Of a DNA stretch of 64,000 nucleotides, positions 1-14,800 are shown piece by piece (the stretch's first letter is position 1; every line of letters begins with the position of its first letter). The stretch is taken from the NCBI GenBank assembly GCA_002633005.1, contig NMRA01000185.1:76402-140401 (forward strand). Reading direction: 5' to 3'. This DNA comes from Phoronis australis. Taxonomy: Eukaryota; Animalia; Phoronida. Below the pieces are notes generated by a model that ran no database searches, had not been told where the DNA came from, and saw nothing but the letters and a program-made list of their open reading frames with translations. The position numbers were made by a program, and so were the translations under genes.

Positions 1-1109
1 GAACTTTTCATTCTTCTCTTTATACACCCCCCCGGCAACTTTTCGCTCCCCGAACCACCGTCGCCGTAAAATGTTCAGACTCCTATAGAAACAACCTTGT
101 TCCGTCTGAAGCGGGCAGTTAAAAACAGAATCATTCCGGGTGGCTAAAAAGGGTACAATGTAGGTGGTAACGATATCCAGAAAGTCACCCCTGTTAGATG
201 GAGTTTGCCTCGCAAAATCGTATTATTATAACGTTTCTTACCATTGCAGCGTTTTAATATCTTATTACCGCAAACACTGAGGTTAACGACTATGCTCACG
301 CACAAGCCTACTCCCTACCTTTAAAGTGTTTCATAATAAGCGCTCACTGATCTATTAAAAGTCCCCCCTTAAATTTTGAAAATTTCCAATTAAGCGCCCA
401 CAGTTCAAGCTAGCGCCCATCATAGCGCACTACAAACGACCGCGTGTGGTTTAAAATTGACACGCAGCTTGTATGGTGTGTCACACAACTTCAGTTTTCA
501 AAAACGTCTTCACAATATGTAAAAACCAAATCCCGGCTTTGTTTTATACCTCGGAAAGAAAGTTAACACTAGTGACATGCGTGTCGTTTTGTGACTGACC
601 TATTTGTCCGTACTTGGAAGGTATTGAAGAGCAAACTCGCCATTACCCAAGTTAGTTTGAATCTTTAATGACTTTGATGACAGCCAGTAGCAGGCCAGAT
701 CTAACAAAATCCCGGATACTTTTTCAACGGGCATTTTCTCCCTTTTCACATCGCAAGTTTAGCTACTCGAGTGCACAAGTCAGTTAGAGAGCACTGATTC
801 AACTTTCACGTCGGCAACTTGCCTTGCGCTCTAGAGTCTTTCAATGGCGGTCGTGAAGAACAGTAAGGCCGTACCTGCATGAATGAAGTCAGTTTTGAGA
901 TCCGAAATTTGTGACTATTTAACGCTGCAGGTAAGAGCATAATCTAAACATTTTCTCGATGATCTAAAAAATCTATTTTGGCGCGTAAAATGGCGGGAAA
1001 ATTTTGCAACCTGGCATTTACGAATGCGAGCTGGATTTTGAAAATGCGACCTGGGATTTTGGCTAAGTTGCAAAATGCGACCTGGCGATTTTAATAGCGT
1101 CGAGCCCTG

Positions 1110-2543
1110 ACGTGTGACTGAAATGCAGACAGAACATGGTATATACACTTTCCACCAAGGCTAGCGGCCAAGACAAGGCTATAGACCTGCCGTCTCAACT
1201 GCCAAGCAGAGCAGGCGACGTTGTGGACAGGTCTAGACAGTGCTGCCATCTTTACTTAGCAATGGAGATTATGACCACCCCATATTCGACTGTTAACATA
1301 CAAATTATTAAGCATTATTGTAACCAAAGTCAAAGTGCCGGGGACTGCACCACAGAATTTTTGTTTAAAGTAATCCGAGGTTTTGTTGAAACGAAATGTG
1401 ACATTCTTATTTTTAACTGCATTATGTCAATACCCATGCTGTGGGTCGTGCAATCAACTATGTAGGCTAAATAATTTGTATGTAAACTGTGATCTGGTGG
1501 TACACGTTCCACCAAGGCTAGCGGCCATAGCTAAGGCAAGGCTAGACTTGCCGTCTCAATTGCCAAGCAGAGCAGGTGACATTGTGGACAGGTCTAGACA
1601 GTGCTGCCATCTCTACTTAGCAGTGGAGATTATGACCATCCAGGCCTTATCCAGGATTTTGAAAATAGGGTGTCCAAAATGGGGTTCCCAATATTCCAGG
1701 GCATCCATGATTCCCCCCACCTCCAGCCCAAACACAGATTATTTCTTTTACAAAAAATGCATAGACTAAGGTTTTTACATCTAAGGTTACAAAACAGCCT
1801 TCTGTAGTGAACATTTTTACTGAAAAATTGTAGACCAAGACTTTTACAATGCTATCAACCAAGTGTGAGCATAGCAACATTGTATATACTTTGTATACGC
1901 ATTGTATATTTTTTCCTGCTTTGAAAAAAAGAGCTCCCACTATGAGCCTTCAGAGACTTCCTGGTATTCATTACAATGTATGAGTCCAAACTTGAAAGGT
2001 TCCTATTGACAGTGGTCCTCCAAATGATACATTGGGCGTCCTTGCCAGGGCGTCCAGATTAGTGCCACGAAATGGACACCCAGGACATATCCTGCATGAA
2101 GCCCTGTGACCACCCCATATTCGAATGTTAACATACAAATTAGTTATCATTATTGTATTTTATTAATTGATCAAGGCATAAATTTCTGAGTATTTCTCAT
2201 CGTCTGTGAGATTGCTGCCAGCATATATAAACGTAATGACTTACAATTGCCACATACCAAGATTCTAAAACAATTTAGGCAACATATTTTGTCCATAGTC
2301 AAATTTCACATGATCTTCCTTCGCTGGATGGCACTTTGAAAAAGTGATGCAAATCGTGTCAAGGGACACAAGTCTTACAAGTTCTTCTGACAGACAGCTT
2401 TTCAACAGAAGTGAACCTCACTTCACCGTGTGGCAGAGACAGGCTTTCCTAACTCATGTGACGTCGTCTAAGCTTATCAGTGCTGATCATGCATGGTGAA
2501 AAAGTTCACGTGTGACTGAAATGCAGACAGAACATGGTATATA
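1110..2543 (+). repeat. Local direct duplications upstream of NOL9 (1145-1307 vs 1503-1640+2107-2143; 1110-1145 vs 2508-2543)
   Basis: Near-identical copies seen directly in the sequence. Confidence 0.8.
1641..2106. mobile_element. hAT-like MITE (466 bp)
   Basis: Termini CAGGCCTTATCCAGGAT / ATCCTGCATGAAGCCCTG; 8-bp TSD tgaccatc/tgaccacc; the uninterrupted site is present in the duplicate at ~1261-1307. Confidence 0.75.
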
Positions 2544-2853
2544 GTGGGGAGTATTGTTGCCCCTCAGTAGTAGAAGCAGCGCGCAATACATCGCATGTAG
2601 ATGCCAGACATGCAATGGCCGTAATGGGAGTGCTCATTTAATGTATTTTTATTGCTGATTTTTTGCAGCAAGAGATGCAAGCTTTGTGCTAATTTGGAAA
2701 AAAAATTGCGCGGTTCAAATGAAATTGTCTTCGCATAAATATTGCAAAGTAAATTAAAGTAATGTAAAATCTTTTCTACTTTTTAGGTTACCTGGATTAC
2801 AGACAGGTGATACTGTGTAATTTCTGCTTTGGTGAAATATCATAGTTATTCAG

Positions 2854-2874
2854 ATGCCTACTCCAAAGCAAAAG
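2854..2874 (+). CDS. NOL9: NOL9 first coding exon (MPTPKQK); exon probably starts at 2787 after an acceptor
   Basis: ATG at 2854, donor AAG|gtttgt at 2874/2875, phase 0 matches the acceptor at 3720; upstream acceptor cttttctactttttag ends at 2786. Confidence 0.6.
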
Positions 2875-5800
2875 GTTTGTGTACTTATTTTTCACGCTGT
2901 TCATAAAATTTGTCTTTAAGTGTTCGTAAGGTCACCGAAGTTATCTGGAATTTTTGGTCTTAGCACAGGTCATTTTACATGCAATGTCGCATCGATTTGG
3001 CATCCTAGTAAAAATTACTAGTCGCAAGGAAATCCCCATGCACACTAGCGATCACACGCTGATATACTGCAGAATGAAAGCCTATCAGAATCGGAATCGT
3101 TTGTAAAAATCTGAAGGGCTGTTTCATTTGTTGATGAGATGTGCTCAGGTAATGTGTTTGGGTCATCTGCTTCTGTCATAGGAGGTGAGCCTGCGTGGGG
3201 TATTGAGCCCTGGGGGGATGGGGGACTGATCATTTCCAGCATGGGGTACGCTTTTAATTTTCTGTGTGACTTAAAAAATTGGGCAATCTTGGGTTTGTAA
3301 GCTGTCATTTGCTCCGGGTATCGTTTATTTCATTTTAAGTTGTTGCCAACTATGTGTCATTTGTAGATGCCAGGACTGCGCTACACCCCATGTGGGTATT
3401 TCTTGGTTTCGCAACTTCTGTTCCGGTTAGGTGACCTGGGAATTTTGCCAGTTCGCTTTTGGCGAGTTGATGTTATGCTATTGAAGAATGTTGTGATTCT
3501 TTAAGACTGGAGTTTGCTCTCAACACTTTTTACATGATAATTGTTACTATTTTACTATATTAATATTTTTTCTCATCCATTTCGTAATTGTTTTGTACAG
3601 TAACGGAAACATTCCCAACATGACAAAATAACACCGATATGTACATTCTCCATTTAGTATAGTTATTGAATTCATACCATTAGTCACTTAATACATTATC
3701 ATTGTGTTGTTTATTGTCAGAAAAACACCAAACATGGTCCACCAAGTAAACCTGCTTCTGTGACAAACGATGATGCATCTACAAAGGTGCCATCTGTTGA
3801 CAGCAGCTGTGCCACACAGAATTCGCTGTCAGTGTCTCCCCGGTTTGTGAACAAGAGAAGTGCATTTGAGGTGGTGAAGGGAGGTGAAACACGACGTTCA
3901 AGGTGTGGTAAAGCCAAACAATCGGGTTTTCTGGTGCATGAGACACAAGGTGGCAGTGTAAGCAGAAAGAGGAGGAGTGACAGCCAGTCCTCATCTCAGA
4001 ACGTAGACGTGTTATCTCCTAGTGGCTCCCCCTCTTTGAAGAATTACCCAAGTGGTACGAAAAGGAAAAGTGCATTTGAGATGGTTAAACAGAGTCCTGG
4101 TGTGCGTCAGACAGACAGGTTGGCCGGTGCCATCAAAAGTGTAGTTGACAGCGATTCGTCTACGAAAGTAGTGAAAAAAGCTGTGCGTAAAGCTTCCAGT
4201 GGGATTGAGAGAGGGAGGAAATCCAACGGAAAACAGAGTGCTTTTCACGTCAAGGTCTCTGAGCCTCTTGACATTGAGGTTGTACAGACAGAATCTTGTG
4301 AGGCTGACTCTGCGTCAGATTTACTTTCGGATGAGTCGCACCATGAGGCATCTTCTGAATTGAACAGCCCTAGTACTGTACGAGGCAGGAAGAAAAGTGT
4401 TAGAAGTAGGCGGAGTAAAGTCTTTAGTAGTGGTGATGGAAGGGATGTTAGAGTTTCTCCTGACTACATCAAAGACAGTGGAGAGGAGGTCGAAGTCAGG
4501 GGAGATATTGAATACAAGGCTGTGGCAGGCCATTGTGATGAAAGTAGTGAAATGGCTGTTGATGAAGGTGCAGAAGTTGTTCCTGAATTAGTTCAGATGA
4601 ACAGCTTAAGTGAAAGGTAAACTTAAGGTATTGGCTTCATTTTTTGACTTTGCCCATTCAGCCGGTCCAGTCGGCTTTGACATCTGATTGGTTGGTAAGC
4701 TGGGAGTCGTCATTGAGAGCCAATCAGCAGGACTTGGAATTTTCCTCATTTAAGATTTCGGTTTCGATTTCCTCTTATTTGATGTCCAGTATCATCTTTT
4801 TCTGTCTCTTTTTTATCATTATTTTGACTTTATTGACACAGAAACATTTATTTCAGTTAAGTTTTACAACACAAAAATATTTCTATCACACAAGCCTATT
4901 TATGGAACGATACATCACCTGGAAAATTTTCCTCTTCTTTATTATTGGTCATTCTAAGCCCTTAATCAGATGTCTTGGTCAGTTGACCTAGCAGAACTGG
5001 CGATGCCAATCAAGTGCAGCAAATGTTACAGAAGTTAGAATTGACGCTGTCTGAGTGCATGACAAGATGGGTTGTTATACGTTAAGTGTTTACCTTTCAA
5101 GTCTTCCTGACATGTATCAACTACTTCTTCCTCAAAATGGCATTTACTACATGAGTGGATACAATGACAAAAATGAACCGCATTGACTTAAAAACAATTA
5201 AAAAGATTCTCTTGTTTAGCCTCTCGAGCAACAATTTTTGCGAACTCGTTGGAATACTGGCTCTGGCCAGACTTAATTCTTGGTTCGAACTGCATTTTTT
5301 TTCTCATTTCTCTATTAAACTGCTTTCTCATTTTGACTACACTGAGGTAAAAAATATTAAAGCACTTGACACATAGATTACTGAAGTGATCTTGAAATGA
5401 AATAATTATCTGTGAGAATACTGAATAAAATTTCATTAAATTTTCAGGTATTTATGCCCTGTTTGATGTACTGACCAGTCGTTCTCTCCATTTCAGCTGT
5501 CGCGTGTTTCGTATCACCAGTGACCAAGACACAGTACAAGAGGTTGTGATGGTTTTAGATCACCCCCTGGAGTTCTGTATCCGTGGCCGGGTCAGTCTAC
5601 AGGCACTGCATGGATGTGTCAGTGTCCATGGTCATTTTATCCCTGCAGGAGACAAATTTTACAATATCTTTTCTCCCACTTGCTCTAGTAGTCTCACTAT
5701 TTGCACTGCCACCAGCCAGAATAAAGACAAGAACATTAAGTCACTGCTGAAGTCACATTTAGGAGATGCATACGGTTCCCTAATTAAACACATATCCGAA

Positions 5801-8800
5801 CTTCTGAAGCCTGGCTCTGTTGTGTTGCGACTGCGAGAGTTACAATCCAAAACTTGTGATTATCTTACCAGTGGCTCTCTCTATCAGAACCTTTTCAATG
5901 TCAAAGATGACCTAAGTTACGAGATGCCTGAGTTGAACTCCAACCTTTCACCTGTTGGCTTGACTGTTCACAAACTGACCTCCTGTCATGGTGTCCATAT
6001 CTCTGATGGAGTCCACCAGGTGGCAGAACAATTGATTAAAGATGTTACTGAAGGTGAGTTAATTTTGTGTTATGTGTACTGATGAAGCAGTTCTTAGGGT
6101 TTTCAATTTCTCAAAATGGAAGGAAGGTGGAACCATGTTAGACGACGTGTGGCACTTATCAAAAGTTATCTAAGTGTTTTTCCTTACATTGGGTTTTAGG
6201 GGGCCTTTCTCAAGAACTTTTTGAAGTTTACAGCAGGTTTTCTGCACTTAAAAAAAAATTTAATTGAAGTAAACCATTGTGAATGAGGAATGAGGAAACT
6301 TTGTGTAGTAAAAAATGTCTTGATTTTGATCCAAAGTTTTGCCAATGGCCTTGGGATTTTAGAGACCATAATTTTTCTTTAAGATAGTTTTGGACTTTGT
6401 CGGCAAAGTTGTATATTGAGCCCAATGTCTACAGAGCTGGATTTCAATGCAGTAATAGTATGGACATGTTCATGAAGAAGGAATCCTGTAGAATTTGATT
6501 TTAAGTGCCCACATGTTTATATATGGGCACATTATGCCGTCATCACTGTCCGTTCATCCTGCATCCGCTGCTGTATCTTCTGAAGTCCTTGATATATGTT
6601 GATTAAATGTTTCAGTCCCTGCTATTTATCGCGTGAGGTTTAGATGAGCAGTAGACAGTTCGGCTGCTGGTGTGGAGTCGATTCTGTGCTACTGCTAATT
6701 TCTGTAAAATTACATTTCTTGACAAGAATTTCCTTAATTCCCGTAATCCACAATCCATTTTTAGGCAGTATAGCTTAAATTTGTTTTTTTATCAGTTAAA
6801 ATCAGTCCAGGGTTTTCTTCCTGCTTTCCCTTTCTACAGAAGTGACAGTTCTGAGTAATTCTTAACCTTTGACCTCTCGTGTCAAAAAGAAATTATAAAA
6901 GCTGCGTATATCCCTGTTTAGCGAGCTAAAACGAAAATTGAATTCGACCTTTGGCTCTCATGATAATCCTCAAGGCAGGATTCTGTTTCTGTTACCTGCA
7001 AAAACACTGAAACCATAGATGACTGGAGGAAACACCTAAGAGTTTATTGAGGCTGGACAAATCTGAAATTGCGGAGCCTTCAGCGACAAAATAAAATGTT
7101 AAATCAGTGTTTATTGTGGTTGGCCAACCCTAAAATAGCGAATTCGAAAGTGGTGCATATTAGCATTTTGTGTGCTGAGTTGGTATTTTAAATGGAATCC
7201 TGTGACAGAATAGAATATTATGAGACCAATTTTATGAGCGTAAAGGTCATGGTAAAATACAGGTCAATTCTATGTGTAAGCAAATTACTCAACACTGGGA
7301 ACCACTTAAAGGTAACTAATACCGGTGAATTAAATTTCTAGATTACGTAATTATTGCCTATGTTATGATTGGTTCAAATTACGCTTGTCAGCAACTGCCC
7401 ACAGCCCATTGAAACTGAATAAAGGCTAAGTGGTCAGTTGTGGAAAGTCTAATCACGGATCTCACTCAAGCGGTAATATCTTGCATAATCTCGAAGAGTC
7501 TCGTTTTCCTAGCGTTGTCTATAGGTTATCTTCCATTACCACTGACATGTGCATTCTACATACTTAGTAATGTCGACTGCCGTGGAATGGCAAAAAGACT
7601 GCTAACGATTAGTTTACAAACCGAGGGAAGTTCCAGATACAGACGTTGACTCAGATGCAGATACGACAGATGATCCAGTTCCGAATCATGGTGATAATGT
7701 CGGGCTCAGCCAACGAAACTCAAATAACCGTGCAATGAATGGCAAACCTTTTAAACTACCAAAATTTTTGCCTACATCGACATTATTACAATTCGTTCCA
7801 AACTTGAGAAAAGATGGTTCTCAACTGGAAGAATGACTAGTTTGTGACTATCCTGAAAATTATGCAAACGTTTGACAATTCAGTCCGCATCTTTCTGGAA
7901 AAATTAGTTTTCATCCTTGTATTCATGATGGTGGACTTGGAAATTGTGCAGTTTTTACAAGAATTCTGGTCGTGCAGAGTTTTGCTGTTGTTACCAACTT
8001 CAGAATGTCGAATTGAGACAGACATTGCTATGGTATTTTCTATAAGAATGATGTGGAAGACATTAGAACTGAGAGCAAACGCAGGCTCCACTATCAAGAC
8101 ATATGAGAAGAGTGCGGCCGGCTTTATCAAGACACTTGACTTGGACAGTCTACTTTGTAGGAAATAGGACATTGGTCCTGAAAAGGTTACCTCTATGTTA
8201 GACTTTTTGGACATCACTAGTATTGAGTGAAATGTTTCCACATGCTTCTAACACGTCTGTATAAAGTCATCAACTTCCATTTTAAAGTCATTGAATAAAC
8301 AAATTTTTTATGTGATACGTTTGTAAATAAGTTCATTGTCACCTGTTGAAAAATAAAAAAGTTATTTGTTTGTACTTCTGTGCATTACTGTTGAAGTATG
8401 TACAAGGTAAAAAAGGCAAGTAATTGTGCACCACAGGGAATGTTGACTGCTGCGTGCTTCCGGCATGTTTGTTGCCGTTTTACGCCAACGACCTGTTTAG
8501 ATTTTTAGATGTGGAGAACATTGATAATTAAATCTAACTTGAGAAACTTAGAGTCTCCGAGATATATGTATAAGTGCTTGTTACTGAGAACATTTCTATT
8601 GATTATTGCTAGATTGTTATGCACTTATAGTTACTTGGCTTCATCTTTTTCAACATTTGTGAAGTAAGACCAGATTTATGTCATAAGCCATAAGTCACTT
8701 GAAATGGGTCTCAGGTTCTGCACCAAACAATGATTGTCAAACCAAACTGAAAAGAGTCATGCGGCCAGCTAAACATTTCCTGGACACAAAGAGTCTAAAC

Positions 8801-11800
8801 GGTTGTGGTGAACACAGTGTAGTCTAAGACCTTTCTATATTCTTAGCAGATCTGTTGATCATCCTTGAAGACCAGTTCCAGATACCATTGGAGAGCAATA
8901 AAAGGTGGAACTAGACCACTTAGGAGCGAAGGTTGTTCCTCCAGCCTAAATGGGACTATTTTGCGTGACCACCACCCTATGACTTATATTGATGATGTCT
9001 GACCAGTAAATTATATGGGAGTAAAATTTTCATTGCATTTGTTGTAAACATGGGTTACTATCAAATCAAACTTTGAGTGAGCAAAATTTACACTTCATTG
9101 CATTTAATACCTCTGCTGGACAGTAGATGCATGTCAAACTGCCCATGGGTTTGAAAAGTTCCCCAGAAATTTATCAGGGGGCTATGCAAACTGTGTTTGA
9201 TTACATTTCTAGAATGGAAATTGTGATGGATGATATTCTGATTCACCTCAGAGCATGGTGAAAGGCTCACAGGTATACTAGAGACAGCCAGGAAATGAGG
9301 GTTAAAATTGTCCTTAAATAAAACCCAACATAAGCCAACCCCAAGTTATGGGAGTCATATTCCATTAGCTCTCAAGATTTCAAAAGTAATCTCTGTTTTT
9401 AAGCAACATGATTTGGACCTGGGTAACCCCGACAATTATACTTCCCAGAATTTCCAAAATTATCAGCAAAATTATCCAGCAACAACTTTAAAATTTCGTG
9501 AACTCAAATATTTTTAGAATCACCTTTTGGTCTTCATAAAATTTCACTCTACAAAATTTGCTTTGCTTGAACTTTTGTGCTGCATTTGTTTTCACCTTGA
9601 TAACCATGTAAAGACCCTAGTTGTCTTTTTGTACCTTCTAAATTATAAGCTTTCGACACATTAGACCACAAAATACTCTTATTATAGATGAATCACTGGT
9701 ATTATTGAAGCGTAATATGCACTTTTATCTGTCATCTCTCAAAGCATGCCCAGTATGTTGCCCTGAAAGACTACTTCCACTGGCTCACCAATTGCAGTTT
9801 CTCAAGGCTCTATTCTTGGTGCACTTTTCTTAATTTACACGTTCTTCATCCCCTTGACACAACTCTCTATGTAGATGGCACTTACATTGTAAACGTGTAC
9901 CCACTCCCTTGGATCTCCTCAATGCAATTTACTCACTATAGTTACCATCAACAACAATATTGAATCTATTTTAGTGCACTATCTCTCAATTTACACATAA
10001 AAATGTAAATTAATGATCTTTCACTACTGCCAAAGAAATTTTATGAGTATTAATCTCCAATTTTCTATAGATAGTATATTTAAAGCAATCTCGTGTGGAT
10101 GATGTCACTTTCCATCATATTACCATTTACAATAATGTCTCATGGTGCCACCACATAACCGCTTTTCAAACAACTGATGGAAATAAATTGAATTCCTATT
10201 GTCCTCTTCTAGTTCTCAAGCTGATTAATAACTCACTTGTCCTCTCACATTTAAATTATAGTATTACATCATGATGGCATTTTGTAAACACAAAGAAATT
10301 GCACTGTCCAGAAGAAAATCCTTTGAAATATTCATGTTTTAATACTTACCCTCTACCACATGCAAATAACTCTACGTCCCTGCTTCAATACATTTTTAAA
10401 ATTTCAAGTACAAAATTTTACAACATGTTCCTCAATAATCAGCTGCCTATTAGTATTTTTACACTAATAACTTTAGTGGACCGATCCAATATAAACCAAA
10501 CACATTAGAACTCCTACGTACTTGAATCAATATTCTGCCACTACTCCAGAAATACAATCCAAAATTTTAATTCCCCATCCAACAAATTGTCATCAAGAGC
10601 CTGTATCAGATTGCCTTGTGATTTGGTCAACAGGTGGCGTGCAGACCAGACTTAAATTATTTGTGATCTATAGTTCCACTCCAGTTCAAGGTTTATGTAC
10701 TTAATGCTTTGTCTTATTAACTACTGCCAATCTCTACTCAAAGCATTGGATTTAAAAAATGAGATTGAATTCATAAAATGGGATTGAATGCTAAATAAAA
10801 ATTAATTTATAATGCAGGATTGTTGGGTTGATTTTTCAAAATAGGATTGACTTTCATTTCAAATAGGATTTACACTTTCAGCTGCCCATACACACAGTCA
10901 GCACACTGAGTGACATTGACCATGTAAATCTCCCTTTATAACCATTGTCTAGTCTGTTATAATGCATTTACAGTTCACAACTACAATGACCATGGCACTC
11001 AGGTGTCAATGTATAAGTAGAATCTTTCCAATTTCCTAAATTTGTATTTTGCCCATCCGTTGAAATATGTTTCCTCCAACACTAGTCTAGTGATATCTGT
11101 TCGGCTTTGTTTTTTCAGCTTATGGAAAACACTAAATGACATGCATATTTTGACACTGGCGTCTATTCAGTGTTTTGTTCAAGAAGGTGACATTTTGTTT
11201 TTATACCAATAGTGAAAGTATGGATACAAAAACTATCAACCACGGGTTAGTTTACATCCTAGTGATCAAAGGGAATGCTAGAGGCTACTAGGGATGCTGG
11301 AGACTAAGGACTGGCATAATCCATAGTAAAGTTACCATGTTCCTTTATGAAAGTTGCTTGAATTGTTGGACATATATTTGTGTGTCATTGACTGCGACGT
11401 TGCAATAAACTGGTACCTTCTGTCAAAAAGACAACTTTTGATTCAAGCTAACTTGCTGTTGTAAGTCTATGTTATCTTTTTCCTTACTCATATTAGAAAG
11501 TATCTCTATGCCATAGAACAACTGATGGTTCTTTCATGGCGAGTAGTATCAGATGCTGTGGTGGTATGGCCACTAGGGGAATTCCAGGCACTTTAATTTT
11601 GACCATTCCCCTCGGCCTCATCCTATTGTGTTTTCACTCAGTATATACGACAAGATCTCATTGCCAGGTTTTCATCAATAATCAGGACTTGAGCAAAACA
11701 GTATGTCCAATGCATTTTAAATATTGGGTTCAATTAGTACAGTACATATTAAGTGTGACTACTACAAATAATTTAAGTACAGCAAGCTCACTTGTAGAAG

Positions 11801-14800
11801 TTTAGGTTTTCCAAAAGTAGGGATTGATTGTAATTAAGAAAGCAATTGAAAAATGAATCTGTGGATAGCTGACTATGGTTATGCTGAAAGTGAGTTGGCT
11901 GGATAAGCATTGGACTGGGTATTAAACACCCACATCAATTTTCACTGTGCAGCCATTGACAAAATTGCATCGCATGCTTAAGTGTACCTAAAAATAACTT
12001 TGTTTCCTCGAGAATTTAATTGCGTCCCGTGGGATGCTCGGTGTCATTGAAAATGGCATCCTTTTAATTTCATTGCCCATTCCAATAAGGACAGCTTTAC
12101 GCCAACCCTGTGGTACTATGGAGAAGTTAGTATCCGCTTATTGCTGTCAGTTTAGAGAATTTGATGGAGCAGATGGCATTGTGCATACAACATGGTCTCC
12201 AGTTCACCAGCAGACAAATGAACTTGCATAGAAATATGTCTTTGTTATCAAGCGTTTGATAAAGTGAAACAAATGGTGATATACCGTATTTGGCATTGTC
12301 AGGTCTGAGAAGTAGACCAAGACTTGGCATGATTGAGTCTGCAGTTTATGGATGAATGGGTAGGCGTACTGCGAAGTTAGTGCCTACAGAAAATGTACTG
12401 CTTAAAGTGGAAATTGCATGCTAATTCCTTATCTCTGTGATTGCTTGGTCAATTTAGTCACAAACATAATATATAGCGACAATGTGATGAAGTTGGTTGA
12501 AAATTGCCAGATGTTTTTAAGAACGAACTTTGTGTGGATAATGATCCACCACAAATCAATCAATCATTATTGTGATGACTGGTTTTGGGGAATAACATTG
12601 CAAGATGTGGGTTATGTGAACACCCAATGTATGCCATTAGCGCAAAGGTCACCTGTTCGCAGACTTTTTTGTTTTCATATTGAGAAGTTGTCAGTTAATA
12701 CAACTGCACTTTATTTAACATAGATGATGTTCAAAAATCACTGNNNNNNNNNNNNNNNNNNNNNNNNNNNNNNNNNNNNNNNNNNNNNNNNNNNNNNNNN
12801 NNNNNNNNNNNNNNNNNNNNNNNNNNNNNNNNNNNNNNNNNNNNNNNNNNNNNNNNNNNNNNNNNNNNNNNNNNNNNNNNNNNNNNNNNNNNNNNNNNNN
12901 NNNNNNNNNNNNNNNNNNNNNNNNNNNNNNNNNNNNNNNNNNNNNNNNNNNNNNNNNNNNNNNNNNNNNNNNNNNNNNNNNNNNNNNNNNNNNNNNNNNN
13001 NNNNNNNNNNNNNNNNNNNNNNNNNNNNNNNNNNNNNNNNNNNNNNNNNNNNNNNNNNNNNNNNNNNNNNNNNNNNNNNNNNNNNNNNNNNNNNNNNNNN
13101 NNNNNNNNNNNNNNNNNNNNNNNNNNNNNNNNNNNNNNNNNNNNNNNNNNNNNNNNNNNNNNNNNNNNNNNNNNNNNNNNNNNNNNNNNNNNNNNNNNNN
13201 NNNNNNNNNNNNNNNNNNNNNNNNNNNNNNNNNNNNNNNNNNNNNNNNNNNNNNNNNNNNNNNNNNNNNNNNNNNNNNNNNNNNNNNNNNNNNNNNNNNN
13301 NNNNNNNNNNNNNNNNNNNNNNNNNNNNNNNNNNNNNNNNNNNNNNNNNNNNNNNNNNNNNNNNNNNNNNNNNNNNNNNNNNNNNNNNNNNNNNNNNNNN
13401 NNNNNNNNNNNNNNNNNNNNNNNNNNNNNNNNNNNNNNNNNNNNNNNNNNNNNNNNNNNNNNNNNNNNNNNNNNNNNNNNNNNNNNNNNNNNNNNNNNNN
13501 NNNNNNNNNNNNNNNNNNNNNNNNNNNNNNNNNNNNNNNNNNNNNNNNNNNNNNNNNNNNNNNNNNNNNNNNNNNNNNNNNNNNNNNNNNNNNNNNNNNN
13601 NNNNNNNNNNNNNNNNNNNNNNNNNNNNNNNNNNNNNNNNNNNNNNNNNNNNNNNNNNNCAATATGGGAAAACATCCGTCTGAAGTTCGTCCTTGGGTTT
13701 GACGGAATGCGTCACGCCCGTTATCGCATTTATAAGTAATTAATTTGGCTAATTATACGGTGTAATGGAAAGATCTGAAATAAATATTAGCTATTTTATT
13801 CACTGCTTTAAAGATTTAAAATAAACAGACAAGAATTGCAGCCTTATTTAAGGATTTCAACTTCGTTCGAAAATGGCCGGTTACGAATGTCACACTTTCA
13901 AGTCCGAAAATTTGCTCGATTTTGAGATCAAACTGTGAATTCTGTAAAAAGTCTGAAAGATTACCACATGAAACTATCTCTGTTATCTCTTCAACATATT
14001 AACTTTATAATAAAACTGTGTTCACCGCTTATTAACCACAGAAACGGGCATAAAATATCATGTTTTTGACATCACTGTGATTGTACCCCTTAGCGTGACC
14101 TTACCCATATACGACAAGATCTCATTGCCAGGTTTTCATCAATAATCAGGACTTGAGCAAAACAGTATGTCCAATGCATTTTAAATATTGGGTTCAATTA
14201 GTACAGTACATATTAAGTGTGACTACTACAAATAATTTAAGTATAGCAAGCTCACTTGTAGAAGTTTACGTTTTCCAAAAGTAGGGATTGATTGTAATTA
14301 AGAAAGCAATTGAAAAATGAATCTGTGGATAGCTGACTATGGTAATGCTGAAAGTGAGTTGGCTGGATAAGCATTGGACTGGGTATTAAACACCCACATC
14401 AATTTTCGATGTGCAGCCATTGACAAAATTGCATCGCATGCTTAAGTGTACCCAATAAATAACTTTGTTTCGTCAAGAATTTAATTGCGTCCCGTGGGAT
14501 GCACCGTGTCATTGAAAATGGCATCCTTTTAATTTCATTGCCCATTCCAACAAGGACAGCTTTACGCCAACCCTGTGGTACTATGGAGAAGTTAGTATCC
14601 GCTTATTGCTGTTAGTTCTCATAAAAGTTTAGAGAATTTGATGGAGCAGATGGCATTGTGCATACAACGTGGTCTCCAGTTCACCAGCAGACAAATGAAC
14701 TTGCATAGAAATCTGTCTTTGTTATCAAGCGTTTGATAAAGTGAAACAAATGGTGATATACCATATTTGGCATTGTCAGGTCTGAGAAATAGACCAAGAC

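Noticed and set aside
844-936. Short uORF and donor (gcag|gtaaga) as NOL9 non-coding first exon
   Set aside because: Appears to lie within a hAT-like repeat ending at 1109; cannot be supported without transcripts.
7600-8240. Coding-like stretch (ORFs 7844-8167 and 7837-8241)
   Set aside because: No motif I can recognise; likely a decayed repeat.
12715-13715. Four ~315-aa poly-X ORFs
   Set aside because: Artefacts of translating the N gap.
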